DNA of 64,000 nt from Raillietiella orientalis (taxonomy: Eukaryota): positions 1,984,001-2,048,000 of the forward strand of contig JAYWIR010000004.1 in assembly GCA_036172245.1 (NCBI GenBank), in the 5' to 3' direction. The translations under genes were made by a program, and so were the position numbers. The notes below the pieces were generated by a model. That model searched no databases. It saw nothing but the letters and a program-made list of their open reading frames with translations, and had not been told where the DNA came from. The stretch's first letter is position 1. Each line of letters opens with the position of its first letter. This document shows, piece after piece, positions 37,464 through 51,700 of this stretch.

Positions 37464-40441
37464 GATACTTAAGAAATAATTTTCTTGACGATATACAAAA
37501 TAATTTTGTACATGTGACCATTTGAAACATATCTATATGTAAGATACATTAAATTAAAATTAAGGGAACGATGTTCATTCAATAAGGCAATGAGAGAGAT
37601 CAAGAGGTTTTTTGTTCATTCATTTTATGAAATAAAAGAAATTTGACTTACGCAATAATAAAAATTTCCATTAAAAAAAGTAAATCTCAAGTTCCGCTTT
37701 CGCACTTGCCCCAGTGTCCAAGTGAATGCATTAAAAAGAAATACAAATGCTTGCAAAAGTGTGCTAAAATTTCAGTGCATGAGCAAATCACGGGCTGCCG
37801 GTTTGTAAAAGTGCGCCATTTTTTTGGCAAATCAAAATGCGCAATTTGTGAGAAATGAACTTTCCATTGCTTTGCCTGATTGCAACGTTTTAAATAAATT
37901 TGACTGAATTGTTTCGTGTATGTAATCTTGAAATGTATACTTATGTAAGCAACTTCCTCCTTTACAATTTTCGTAAATAAGGACAAACTAAATTCGTTTT
38001 TATTTTTCCTCTTAGATGACCATATTTGTTTAAAATTTGAATAATAGGTTTCGAGTTGTTCTTAATTTTGCAAACATTAGTTTACAAAAAATAGGCAAAC
38101 ATAACATTTTGGGTTACCCGACAAGAATTTTTTTCTTTTAAAAAACAAAAAGTACAACTCTTGCAATCATAATTTTACATGATGCTGTTTTGTGTCGATC
38201 ATTGATTGCTTGTTCCGTGGCAAGTTTTTATCATCAAACATTTGAATGGCTAGATCTCTTGCAAACTAATAGAAATTCTTTTGATGAGTGCCTTTAACGT
38301 AAAGATGAAATTGGACTAAAAGTAAACAAATCCTGTGATTATGCTTAGAAGGAGTGTTGCCAGAGTATCTCGATAATAATGATATCAGTACTTAGCATTT
38401 CCGAAAATATCCATCAGGATCTATTGAAAACAGATTTATATATTTCTTCCTCCAGGTGCAAACTATTAGTTTAAGTATTTCTTTTCTCTTGCGCATATGT
38501 TTCATTTTAGTTTTGCTAATGCCAATGTCTTGCAAATTAATAGTCAATAGTCATTTTGAGGTACTAAGAGGTTCGTTTCTTTTTTTTAGCCAAGAGTTTT
38601 TGCAAATTATAAAACTCTTTCAAGGAACCTGTGAATCATTTTTTAAAAATGCATAAAGATTATATTTAGAAAAAAAAACCTCAAGACGGTTTGTTTGTAT
38701 TTTGATACATCCATCGGAAACCAGAACGCAAAGGATATAAAGAATCAGGTTGATAAAACCTTCTCAGGTGAATATTAAATGCACGGATTCATAACTTGCA
38801 GTTATCTAATTTACTTATACATATTAACAATTCGAAGGTGATGCATGACCCATTGTACATGAAATAGTTTGCAGATTGTCATGGGACAACTTTCACAATG
38901 GCAATTTTGAAAAACGAAATTTGGCCATAAGTACCAGTGCTTCTGAAATTGTGCATGCGTTTCGATGGTCGGCTGCGTGGGCTCCTGTAAACTTTAGAAT
39001 AGTAACATGTTAGGAAAGTGAATGGAGTACACTTACTGTGCTAAAATGAAAATGAAAATTTAATGCGAAGCAAAATATCATTTGGGAAAAGTATCGTTAT
39101 ATTTTCGATGCAAGAAGACGCCACCACATTGTAATTTTTGTTTGATATTTTATCTCGAATGCTGGCTGTTGCCCGAAATGAAAGACTTGGAGCACGTTTC
39201 TGGTGCCTTAGATGCTATTGATATCACCTTATTTCATCAGAGTATTATAGCGTTTGGGTCGGGTTTCGCAGGAGAGTTGACACTTATTAGAATGCCATCG
39301 TTTAATCTACAAATGGTAATCCTTTGTGGGTGAAGTCTTATGCTCCTTTCATTCCTTTGATAAAAGCATTTGTAACAAGGCAAGCAAGACAATCTTGTGC
39401 AGTCAGTTTCAGCATAAAAACGTTCACTAAGTGATAACGATAACTTCAGTTATCATTTGAGTGGATGAAATTTCATAACTATTTTCGGAAAATTCTAAAT
39501 CACGTATAACCTTTTCTGCATACTTCTCAATACTTCTCAGACTTTTCATGCCTGTTGTCAACTGTAATTATTCTTTATTTAATCTGGAATCCCACTCATA
39601 GCGCTATGGCATAATTTAAATTTGGCGTAAACGAAGTAAAGTTTTCAGGGAGATTCGCTTTCTTCGGGGATGAAATGAAGTTATGTGAACCGTTATTTAA
39701 ATGTCTATGCGTATTCATGCATGATTCTACACACAATGCACATGATGTATACCCACAGAGCACATTCTTCTGATGTATGTAAGCTTGCATCAGAGTGTGA
39801 GGCTCGAGAAACAACGAGTAGAACTGCTTCGTAAAACTCAGTTCTGTGCAATATAGCCTGAATTGTACATTATTATTTGTAATGAAACATCATACATTTA
39901 AAATTTCGGAGCTCCACAGCCACATTTATCGAAGTGTAGAAAAAGATTAAAACACTCAGCCGGCATAATGAAGCCCCAAAACTAAAATATTTAGATAAAA
40001 TTATTTAAGGCGACTTGACTGGGCTTTACATGGTGTCGTAACCGTTGATCTCACAATTTGATGACCAAAAATAAGGACGTATATTTTTTTTCCTACCACA
40101 CTTTTGTGTAAAATCAAGACTTCGTTAATTGTGAAAGAAACTGTTGAAATGCTCTTACACCAAACAAGCTTTGGGAATTCGTTAATAGCTGTTTAATCAA
40201 ACAGCTGTTTAATGTCCCATAGGCAGAAAAAATGCAAATTCGTAATTGGCCGAAGTTTGCATTGGAAAGCATTGTGGAAATGTGATGGACAAAAAAAATG
40301 ATTCTTACTCCTTAAGTTACAGCAAATTCATTATCTACTCCTGTGCATAACCTCTGTAACAAACACAATCAGTTCAGGCAACCAAAATAATCATAAAACC
40401 TGGGAGTTTAAGTATACAATATTTATTCAAATGCACATTAA

Positions 40442-43400
40442 TTAGTTTTTAAATCTTATCAGTTGTAAATTCCAATCTCTAATACTACTCAATACATTGT
40501 TTAGTTGTTTACACCACATCATGCAGTCTTCCTTGGAATCAGCTGATAGAAGGTATCGCATTTCAGTTCGATCTCTATGGCATGTAACAATTAAACTGTT
40601 TTGTATCTGATTATTGGGTGGGTATATGAACTGTAACTGAAATGTGTTTGCACGCAAACAAACATCTCTTTCTACACATTTGACATTTTGTGTCATGCAG
40701 AATCTTAAATCAAGAGTACCACAAGGTGTATTAGATTTTTCAAATGGATACTTCCAATATGATAGTAGGAAGCCATTCAAAACACACCAGCGAAGATTCC
40801 AGGCACCAAATCCACCAACATCCTCAAAGATTGTGAGAAATCCGTTATGTAGATCTTCCTGCTCTGGGTCAATATTCAATTGTATTCTCATTGTTGCCAT
40901 ATGATACAGTGGAGAAGGAGGCACCTTAAACAAATTTGCAAAAGCAACATTGAGAAGGTCATTACTTTATCTAGTTTCCATTGTTGGTTTTTCAATTCAT
41001 CTTGGGTAATGGTAACCTTACCCACCAAACGAAATCCAGAAGACAAAGGTCTAGAGTCATTGTTTTGTTGTTTTGAAGTTCTCAAAGACTTCATGGGAGT
41101 GAGTTTAAGTTTATTTTGATCCTAAACCAAATATGTAAGCAATTTTTGTAATAGGCACATACCTTGAGATGATACTTGATTTCTGGTGCCAAAGTTTCAT
41201 GCTGGGCTTCTAATGCATATGCTTCTAAATAGACTTCAAATTTTGGTTGAAGCGCATGAATATTAATCATATTTGGAAACAATAATCGTCTATTCGTCTG
41301 ATCCTTACTAGACAGCACTTGTGTTGGGATCACATGCTCTTTATACCGTATCAGGCATAAGAAATAGTGAATACAGTTATTTGCTTTCTGTGCTGCATGA
41401 AAACAAATATCTTCCTCAAGATATAAACAAATATCAGAAAGTGCAAGGCTTATATCTATTGGTGAAATGTTGGTAATGCTTGGTTCTGTTGGCATTCCTT
41501 CCTTCAGAAGACGTTTCAACTCTTTTTCCATACATTGGTATTTTTCAGCTGAGAACAAGGGAAGAAAAAGAAAAAAAAAAAAAAATAGAACCAGACAATT
41601 CAAATGTTAATACTTTACTCGCAATCAGTAATACACGCTCTCCTTCAATTTGTTCCTGAGAACCCCTAAATTCAGGTGTATTCTTGCACCATGCCACTGC
41701 AGTACTTGTCTGTTTAATGACACTCTGCTGCATTTCCATCTTAAAACCCGAAATAAATCCATACTTTTATCTAAATACACCTCACCTCTTTTTCCAATGA
41801 TTGTATTCGTTGTTCTAATGATGAATTATTATGATCGTCGGTATAAACTGGATTAGGCTCTACATCCTTTCTGTATATAGCAGTCTCCTTATGCTACATA
41901 TATGGGAGATGGTTTGAAAGCATTACTCACCTCATCATCTTGATTGCAAATTTGAAAATTCAGCATCTCACAAAGCTCGGTATCTGTAGAGGAAGTGCTC
42001 GACTGAAATAGGAGTATTCTTTGAATATTTGCTGTGAGGTTTGAAAAGGATGAAATAGTGTACACAGGTTAGAATCAGAAAGCATACAAGTCACATGAGG
42101 TAGATAAAGAACACTACATTAGGCACTATTCAACAGAAATCACATAACACCTGTTTACCTCAACAAATAATCCATGATCTTTACAAGGTGTATCGTATAT
42201 GGACTCAATTTGTTCTACAATTCCTATAGAAATATCAGCTAGTTTCAGCTCCCCATCCTCCTCTTCCTCACTATCAAACACTATGCTACTCCTAGAAACA
42301 TACCATTTCTTACATGCTGCTATCCAGTCCATGCAAAGAGGGATACAGATTGCCAGGTTTCACCTCTGGACTCCATGGTTTAGGTGATTTAACCTTTTGA
42401 AATGCAGTCACAGGGCTAATGTTTGAGCAATAAAGTGTTGGTTCTGCAAATGAAGGAAGAGGAGGAGGAGTAGGGATGACAGACTGGGAAAAATGCTTGC
42501 TTGAATTTTCCATTATGCTTGTTCTGTTATTGGTCTTTGTCCCATATTTAGCAAGCTCTGAAATGGTTGTTTGAGATTGTAAGCGAGGCACTTTGCTAAC
42601 AGAGGTTTCTTGGATATCAGGAATATGTGAAAGAGGAAAACTGGGACCAGAAGCTTGTGCTTTAGTGGTAGGGACATAGGGAGATGCAACTGCATCAGTG
42701 TAAACAGGTTTTGTGGGCATTTGAGGTCTAACAGCACTTTTGGAGTGAATCCTGGGAGAAACTTGGTTTTTCTCTTGGCAGCCTAATTTTTCAAAAAAAG
42801 CCACTCTCTCAGCTAATGTTAAATGAGCAGGATCTCTGCTTGCTGGTGACCGTGATGCCATTGGCAAATTTTGAAATTGATTCACAATTTCCTTAGTACG
42901 CTTCTGCTGATCACAGGTTATGTCTGTTTTCTTTTTATGATCCATCTCTGATTGCTGCACTTGAAAGTTGTAAGCTAACTGAGATTTGGATCCAGAAGCA
43001 ACATAACCTTGAGCTTCCTGAGATATGTTTGCTATCGGATTTTCTAAAGAATTGCATACCAATGTGTTAACCATCTCTGAATCCCATTTGAGTTTCTTCA
43101 CAGTTTTGTGTGCCTTTGGTGTTGATGCTGCCTGTTCACCAATGGATTGCTTTGTATTGATATTATTGACAGGGCTGCTTTTTTTTGAAGGCACTGCATT
43201 TTCGCGACCATTGATATCATCAGCTAATGCAGCTAAACGTGCTTTTCGCGCCCTTTCATAATCTTCAGTACATTTGGGTGCCACATTCTCACCTTCTTTT
43301 GGCAATAATTGAAATGTTGGACTGGACCATGCTGCAAAAATGTTTTTTTTTTTAATTTCGAGTCATAACAATTGTACATCACATAATTCTAATTCAATAT

Positions 43401-43993
43401 ATGCGATGAAATAATTTCATATCTGAAAAAATATACAAATATCAGGTTAATCAGTTTTCTCTACGATATAGCATATTTCTGCTAGAAAAATGTCCGAAAT
43501 TTCCGAAAATGAAAGTCTCTTTCGTTAAAAAAGTAGGCACAAGGTTGAGAATATCTTCAAAAACATGTCTCAAAATGCACCCGTATCAAGTTCTCCTTCC
43601 CATTTTTTTTGCAAACTGCTAGCAGATGGTACATTGTCAACTTGAGGTGAATGCTGAATTTTTGGCACTTGTATCTTATCTGATGTACCGTTCTTTTTGG
43701 TAGGCGTTTCCTTTCCATCAGGTTCATTAACAGATGCAGAATCAGCACCTACTTCTCTTTCCTTTCCTACAAGCATTGATTAAATTCCATTATTTAAGTA
43801 TAAATATACCTAAACAATTTATTTCCTGAAGAGGATTCCTACCAAAGTAACTCTTGTATAAATTATTTGATGCGAAGTTTTTCTGTCTCTGCTCAACTTT
43901 CTCGAACAACTTCTATCACGCGTAATAGGGATGGGCAAAGGTAATGATAACTGCAAGAAATCTTAAATCACTTACTTCAACAAATGGTTCCAT
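40442..43993 (-). CDS. ANLN: Anillin (actin-binding cytokinesis scaffold), multi-exon
   Basis: N-terminus MEPFVE|KLFEKVEQRQ; RKARLAALADDIN; LTLAERVAFFEK; anillin-homology region EFRGSQEQIEGERVLLIA; C-terminal PH domain GFLTIFEDVGGFGAWNLRWCVL...YWKYP...YLLSADSKE..W. Stop at 40442-40444. Confidence 0.92.
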
Positions 43994-46900
43994 TTAAGGT
44001 TTATCAATTCAGCACCCTTGACGGCCCAGCATTCGATAAAATTTAACAAGATATTGTAAAGCCAAATAAAAACTGCCTTGCCTAAACCACTTTCCAAGCA
44101 ATATGGTAAAACAATCACAGTGAATGTAAAATGATAAATTGAAACTCCCACTCTCCGATTTCATTGGTTGGATTTGAACGGATCCTTCCAATGAGGACGG
44201 AACTTTCCGTTTCACTGTGCATCGATAAATGTACTGTATTAATTCCATCCTATGCAAAGGGAATTTTTTTTTTTTGGCTTGGCAATACGTCAATTCAGTG
44301 AGCACCTTGTGATGCCAATTAACTTTTTAGAAGTAATTATAATTTTCATCGCTTTAATGCGTTGCCGTATTTTTTTCCTTCCAGCCATACGTCCTTGAGT
44401 TTCGAATAAAAGCGCCATCATGTCGTATTGCTTTACTACTGAATCTGGAAAAACTTTTTGTCTGTGAAATACATATATATATATATATGCATTGATTTAT
44501 TCAGTTGAAGTTATGCTTAGTAATTCGAATGTATTCCGTAGCATTTTCTAAGCTGGAAGCCTACTTTGTGGAATGCATGGTAGACAATGTTTTCTAAATC
44601 TTCATTTAATTGAATTTCATAATTCACTTAACAATGTGCAGGGTATTTGATATTTTTTTTGTGTCAAATTTGACAGAGTATTTTGCTGAAGTCTTGTATT
44701 CAAGGAGTTGATTTGTGATAAATGTATGATATTGCGATGTTTGTAGAATTCCTAGATAAAGCTGCCATTCCGCAAAGTGCTCCGCGTGGCCATGCTGCTT
44801 TACAGATTGAGAGCACATACATCATCAGGAGAGCCAAAGGTTTGGCCTCGAATGTTTTTGAGATGTAAGAGATGAGTTCCCAAGATTCCACTATTAGAAA
44901 TACTTGTAAATGCAAATCCGATTGCTGCGAAAGGTCAGCAAACTCGAGTGGGGAGGGGGGGGATCCATTGATGTTTTTTGGTTGTTCTTTGTAAGGTGTT
45001 TTCGATAAGCTTTGCATTTTGTAGGTAGTTTTTTTTTTTTTTTTTCTAATTTATCGGTCGTCATATGCCGTATATCAGTTGCTTTTTATTGATGCTGCCA
45101 CTGTCATACGATAAAGTAAGCAAGACGAATTTCGTACCGCACTTAAATGATCTCGATGGACATACTCTGTAATAGGCGGCCTCGAAAGTATCGTCGTGAA
45201 TGTAATCAGAATGAATGAGAAATTTGAATCATACGTTAATAAACAATGCATAATTACTGTGACTGTTTGTTTGTTTGTTTTTTCATTTCATTTTGTCATT
45301 TCTAACTCTTATTTTGGATTTTCGGATTTTTTTTTTCTTTCGAAAGGTTAATGAGAGAGCAATTCTGATTTGTAAGTCTAATTTGTCCCTCAGTCATCAA
45401 AATGATTTAGTAATTTTTGAAGCAGACACTCTTAACAGGAAAAGTGTTTTGCTTTTACTATTGGTTGGAACCTATCATTGTAATAACAGACGAAAAACAT
45501 CGCACACATACAAAATTTTACTGAAAAATACATGGTGAGCGATTAATATACTCTTTCAAGGCACTTAATTGTACCCATCATTGAAATTTTGTATGTGCAT
45601 TTTTTTCATCTGCTATTACGATGGTAATGCTAAATGGTTCGCGTGGATAGAGATTTTAGGTGCTCCTAACGAAATGTTCCCATTAACCATTCGACTTCCA
45701 AAGAACATTAAAAATGAGAGTTCCTGATTTGTTAATGGCAGCAAACTAGGATGATTTGTCTTCATAAATCCCAGTGCCTTCCAGTGATCTTTTTGCTTGA
45801 AATCCTCCCTCGAGGGACTAGTCACCAAGCATGTCGTTCAGTGGTGAACCCATCGGTATAAATTTTTGCGTGTTTGCCAGAGGTTGCCTCTTGGTACACT
45901 TTTGCAAACAGGCGTACATTGTAAATTGGTGTGTAAGTAATTAGCCAATACCTTGTTTCGGAAAGTAGCCAAATAATGGGTAGCATTTCAGCACAAAAAC
46001 CTGTGTGTTTGATGGTTTAGAAAGTTTTCCATCTTTCATTTGTTTTAAACATGCCTCACAGGAGAAAACGAAATTTGAATAATACTGTCTGTGATTAGAA
46101 AGTTGATTATGGGAGTATTTTTTTTTTTTTTTTCTACCGTGTATAGCAAGTGTTACAGTTTGACTACTCATGAAAATTTGAATTTGTATGTGATGAACTA
46201 TTCGGTGTATAATTTAAGGAGATTTTTTCATTTTTTTTTATACTCCCCCCCCCCCCGTGTAGTTCAGGATTTCTATTTTGCAGTGCAGAAATTTTTTTGT
46301 TGTATAATAGAATGAAATACTGCAATTTTGCCTTATGTAAATAGTTTATTACCATTTTAGTATATTCCAATGGTTTATAACCACTGAAATGTACTGCACT
46401 TGGTACAACCATTTCAGAGGCTTTCAAAGCTTTCAATCGAAATTGCGATTCCATTTGATTTAACATCGAATTCACGTTATCGATATTGAAAAATATGAAT
46501 AACTGAAAATACTATAAGGTTGGGTATTGAGACACCATCAGTACCTAAAATTTTTCGCACAAATGGCATTTTAGACAAAGAAGGCCCCGTAAAATTCTTG
46601 GGTTTCAAATTGGTATTCTTTAGTAGGTTCATGCCGTATTTTTACCGCCATTAGCACTGCAAATATGAAGTTTTATGTTGAAAGTGATTGAGTGCCTTAT
46701 ACCGTGAATATACGGAGGTCATCGAGATTGAGGCGGTAATCAAAATCTAACTTTTTTCAGTTTCATGATGGTTGCTGATTGAAAAATGTCTTTCAGCCAC
46801 ACTCTCGGTCCAAGAGACCATCATCAAACGTTTGTGGCTGAAGTGTAAGGTGGGAGTACTGATCACACGTGTGTGTACACATCCGATTCATCCATTCTGT

Positions 46901-47489
46901 CTTAATTTTGCTCCATGGATTGCGTTATAATTCTTTGCACCATGATTTCTGTTCATCTTTGGTTGTGCAGGATTTGTTTTCAAGAGTTGTTCAGATTCGA
47001 ACAAATCAGAGCTTTTTAAATGAAGCCACCCGCGGTGCTTGAACAATTTCGAATTTGAAGATTTTCGATTATCACGTTTTAATGTTTTAAAAGTGATGCA
47101 AGCTCTTCAGTGTTACTCTGGAACACGCAGGGGTTGTTTTCATAAAGTTGTTTTGAAATTCCTCATCTATTACGCGTGCCCGTGTTTGATTAAAAATGAA
47201 AATCAAGGAAGCTTGATTGCACATGTATTAACGGTTGCAATTGATCAACAAGGTTTCAAATGAAGTCTTCCATCAGATTTCAGTTCTCGAATATTTTGTG
47301 GATTTGCTGGCTCGTTCTGATCGAATTCTATGTATTTCAGGAATTTATTTGGCGCGTATAATGCCGCAAAAAAAAAAAAAAATGCATGCGGGCAAGCAAG
47401 TGAGGCAAAGACGTGTGTGTCCCTTCCGTTGATTTTTACATGGATTTTTAATCCACCTTCATCGAACAGTGGCACCTCATAGTGGCAGT

Positions 47490-47518
47490 ATTGCCTCTCA
47501 GCCCTTTGGCTAAAATCA
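47490..47518 (+). pseudogene. 5' fragment of U2 snRNA (decayed)
   Basis: ATTGCCTCTCAGCCCTTTGGCTAAAATCA vs the animal U2 5' end ATCGCTTCTCGGCCTTTTGGCTAAGATCA (from memory): 24/29 ungapped, and all five differences are transitions. The match stops before the GTAGTA branch-recognition motif. Confidence 0.65.
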
Positions 47519-48751
47519 GAGACAGATGTTCGCTGGGTGTAATGGGCGAGCAACGAGGTGTCATGAATGAACTGCATTTCGGGTGAAGCAAAAGAAACGT
47601 CCGGGTGAAGGAAGCCGTTTTTCGACTTCAAAGTTTTACCATCTGTGCGAAGGGACGATTTTTTTTTTTTTTTTTAATGTAATCGTATACTTGATACACG
47701 AATACACCCAGGATGTATTTAATGTGCATACATCGTGGAAGCACATGATTTTCAATTGCGAGATACGCAATTATTGGGAAGAAATCGAGACTAATCAGAA
47801 CTTTGCTAACGTGAAAGTAGGAACAAGATGGAACTTTTGCCTTTGGTACTGCAAGTTTCATGGGGGAAGGAAGGCTTTTAAAGGGGGTGGGCATTGTGGT
47901 ACCTCGGTTGAATGTGTTGTTAGGTGGCAGAACCAAATTGTAATTTGCGAACCAAAGAAAGCCCGTTTTAGGCTGTACCTGTATGTATTTCCTCTCAAGT
48001 CCGAATTACATTTTTTGCAATCGTATGTATATGGCCTAATTTATTTGCGTGCGATGCTGTATAATTTAGGTAGGCACATGCGACTGTCCCCCCCCCGCCC
48101 CCAATAATTCTGCAAAATTTTGAGCGTAATTTGGTGAAAAACTTGGATTATGAAAGGGGAAATCCACCCCAAATTCTTTTTTCCTCGAAATAGTTGTGCT
48201 GTCGCAGAGGGTGTATTTTTTCTCCATGTTAATGAATGAATCCTTCTTAGTGGACTCCCCTTCGTTGTATGGAAACCATGTGTTGCCATTTTACTTTGTA
48301 TATATATCTGTGTGTGTTTATATATTTATGTAGTGTAGAATGAGTCAGATGCTAGGTTCCTGTTGCAGAATGCGAAATGAATCTCTTCGAGGATGTTGTT
48401 TTTAGCTCGTTTCCATTTGTATTTTCTCAATGTGCTGGTGTGCTCAGGATGAAACCTGCACCAATGAGAATGCAATCACGTACGGACTTTGAGAACAGTT
48501 TTGGGTAAAAAGCTTTCTCCGTTGTAATGAAGAAAGCCCTGGCGCTCAAGTAATGAAGGAATGGGTGTTTCCGAGTTTTGCAAGCAATTTTTGGTGGGTT
48601 TACCGTACCAATATGTTGTTAAAGCAAGCACATGGCAATGTACTGCTGCAAAAGCTTCTCTTATTACCGCCATCTTTCTTTAAGGTATTTCGGTAAAAGC
48701 AAAAGAGGGTATTTCTGATTTTAATTTGTTTTGAACCAATTTACTTCAAAA

Positions 48752-51700
48752 ATGCTCAAGAAGAAAGCTACTTTAGTGCTGGATGATGGATTTCAAATGG
48801 AAGGATATGCGTGCGGAGCAAATGGTTCCTCTTCTGGAGAACTAAGTATTTATTTTACTGTTTTTGTTTTGTTTTTATACTGCTTTTGTGCTTGCAGTTT
48901 TCCACACCGGTGTAGTTGGTTATGCTGAAATTCTCAGTGACCCCGCGTACACCGGGCAAATCATAATATTCACATATCCGTTGATCGGAAATTCAGGTGT
49001 GCCCGGAAAAGAAGAAAAGGACTGTTTTCACTTGAGCAAGTAACGTTTATGAAACATGCATCTGCATTTCGTTATCTTTCATCGTAGGTTTTTTGAGTCT
49101 ACGCATCTGTGGGCATCGGGTTTAGTGATGGGAGAACTTTGTGAGATTCCGAGCCATTGGAGAAGCATCCAGACGTTGCATGAGTGGATGCTTTCGGAAA
49201 ATGTACCCGGGATCTTTGACATAGACACGCGGCAGCTGACCAAGCATCTGATTAAAAGTGGTCCAAAGCTGGCAAAAATAATTTTCGAAGGTGACGATCC
49301 AGATTCGGTGCCTTTCAGGAATCCGAATGTTCGTGACCTCGTCTCCGTGGTATCGACTAAGGTCAGAATCCTCTGAAGACTCTCAGCTCCCTTGTTACAG
49401 TTGTCTTTCCGTTTCAGGGATTGAAAATATTGAACCCTTCTGGTTGTCCAGTTGTTGGCGTTCTGGACCTAGGAGTCAAAAACAGTGACATCCGCCTTTT
49501 GATTAGTTACGGTGCTTGCGTCAAACTTATGCCAGCGAATAGTAATCTACAGATATCAGATATTGATGCCCTTGTATTGAGTAGCGGACCCGGGGATCCA
49601 AGTGTCTATGAAGATATTGTACAGAAAGTCAAGCAGTTGCTCCAGAATACGGATGTTCCCATTCTCGGAATCGGTCTGGGTTGCCAGATCCTTGCATTAG
49701 CAGCTGGCTGCTCTACGTATAAGATGGAATTCGGTTGTCGTGGACTTAGTCAGCCGTTAATGTATAATGGGACTGATATATGCGTGCTGGCATCCGAGAA
49801 TCACGGGTATTCAATAGAGAAAGACTCTCTGCCTCCAGACTGGCAGACTCTGTTCGTCAATGCAGATGACCTTTCGATCGAAAGCATCATCCATGTATCC
49901 AAGCCTTACTTAGGGTAAGTGATTACTGCTCACAAATGCAGCTACATCTTCTCTCTTATACTGCAGGGTGCAGTTCCAAATCGAGCAGTGCCAAAGTGAA
50001 CGTGATATCGGGAAATTGATGAGCATATTCTTACAAGCAGCGCGAAGTGATCTGCGGTTGTCCTCCTTGAAGCAGGCCATCGAAGACAATTTGTTCAGAA
50101 AACACTTACACTTTAAACTTTCGCCGAAGTATATCAGAAAAGTTATACTGTTGGGCTCCGGAGGACTAAAAATAGGTGCACTCCTGCATATAGTAGATAC
50201 GCTCTTGTGTTATGGTTTTCGTTTGCAGATATTCAACTTAATTTCTCTTTTTCTCGATAAGGTCAAGCTGGTGAATTTGATTACTCTGGGTCTCAAGCCA
50301 TCAAGGCCATCAAGGAAGAGTGCCACGAACTGATCCTCATTAATCCTAATATTGCAACGGTTCAAACATCGAAAAATCTTGCTGATAAGGTTTATTTTTT
50401 GCCGATCACTCCGCATTACGTAGAACAAGTAAGAATGATGGAGAGTTTGGAAGGTTGTTTAAACTCCGCGAAATTCAAAGGTCATCCAGAGAGAACGTCC
50501 TGATGGGATTCTCCTAACTTTTGGAGGCCAGACTGCTCTTAATTGTGGCATCGAACTGGAGACAAAAGGAGTTCTTTCACGTTATAATGTTTCAGTGTTG
50601 GGAACACCTATAAACTGCATCATGGACACAGAAGACCGTAAGAGGTTCGCTGAGAAAATTACCAGCGTCGGCGAGAAAGTGGCACCCAGTGCGATTGTGT
50701 ATTCTCTCGAAAAGGTGTGCGTAGCTGTCAGAAATCCGCAGACAGTGAAAAGTTTTAGGCAGTAGAGGCTGCTCGGTCGTTGGGTTATCCCGTCTTGATA
50801 AGATCAGCATATGCATTAGGAGGACTCGGATCAGGGTTCGCTAACGACGAGGCGCAGCTTTTGGAACTGGCAAGGAAAACCTTTGTCAGTTCTGAACAGG
50901 TCATCATCGACAAGAGTCTGAAAGGATGGAAGGAAATCGAATTCGAAGTTGTCAGGGACTTTTTAGGCAACTGCATCACGGTGAGGATTTCGTGCCCAGT
51001 GGCCTTATGCGCGATTTGCTGTTGAAGGTGTGTAGCATGGAAAATGTGGATCCACTAGGAATCCATACAGGCGAGTCTGTGGTCGTAGCTCCCTGTCAAA
51101 CCCTGAGCTTCGAGGAGTTTAGCATGCTGAAGAAGGCGGCTCTCAAGATTGTTGATTACTTGGGAGTGGTGGGGGAGTGCAACATCCAGTACGCTCTTGA
51201 TCCGCATTCGTGCACCTATTACGTCGTCGAGGTGGGAAAAAGTTACATTCTTTCACAGGAGTTAAATCAATTGAATACTTTCAAGGTGAATGCTCGCTTG
51301 TCCCGTAGTTCAGCTTTAGCCAGCAAAGCCACAGGTTACCCTCTAGCGTACGTCGCAGCAAAGCTGGCATTGGAACTTCCTATCACATCCATCAAGAATG
51401 CAGTCACCAAGGTCACAACGGCATGTTTCGAACCCTGCATTGATTATTGCGTGATCAAAGTACCAAGATGGGATCTCACCAAGTTTAGTCGAGTTAGCAC
51501 GAAGGTTCGGGAAGTGGGAGAACGCTAGTGGCATTCACTCTACGTTCATAGATCGGCAGCTCCATGAAGAGCGTTGGCGAAGTCATGGCCATAGGTCGAA
51601 ATTTCGAAGAGGCTCTGCAGAAAGCTCTCCGAATGATGGACGAAAACGTGTCCGGGTTCGATCCATATGTAACTGACCTCTCGGAAGAGGTTCGTACTCC

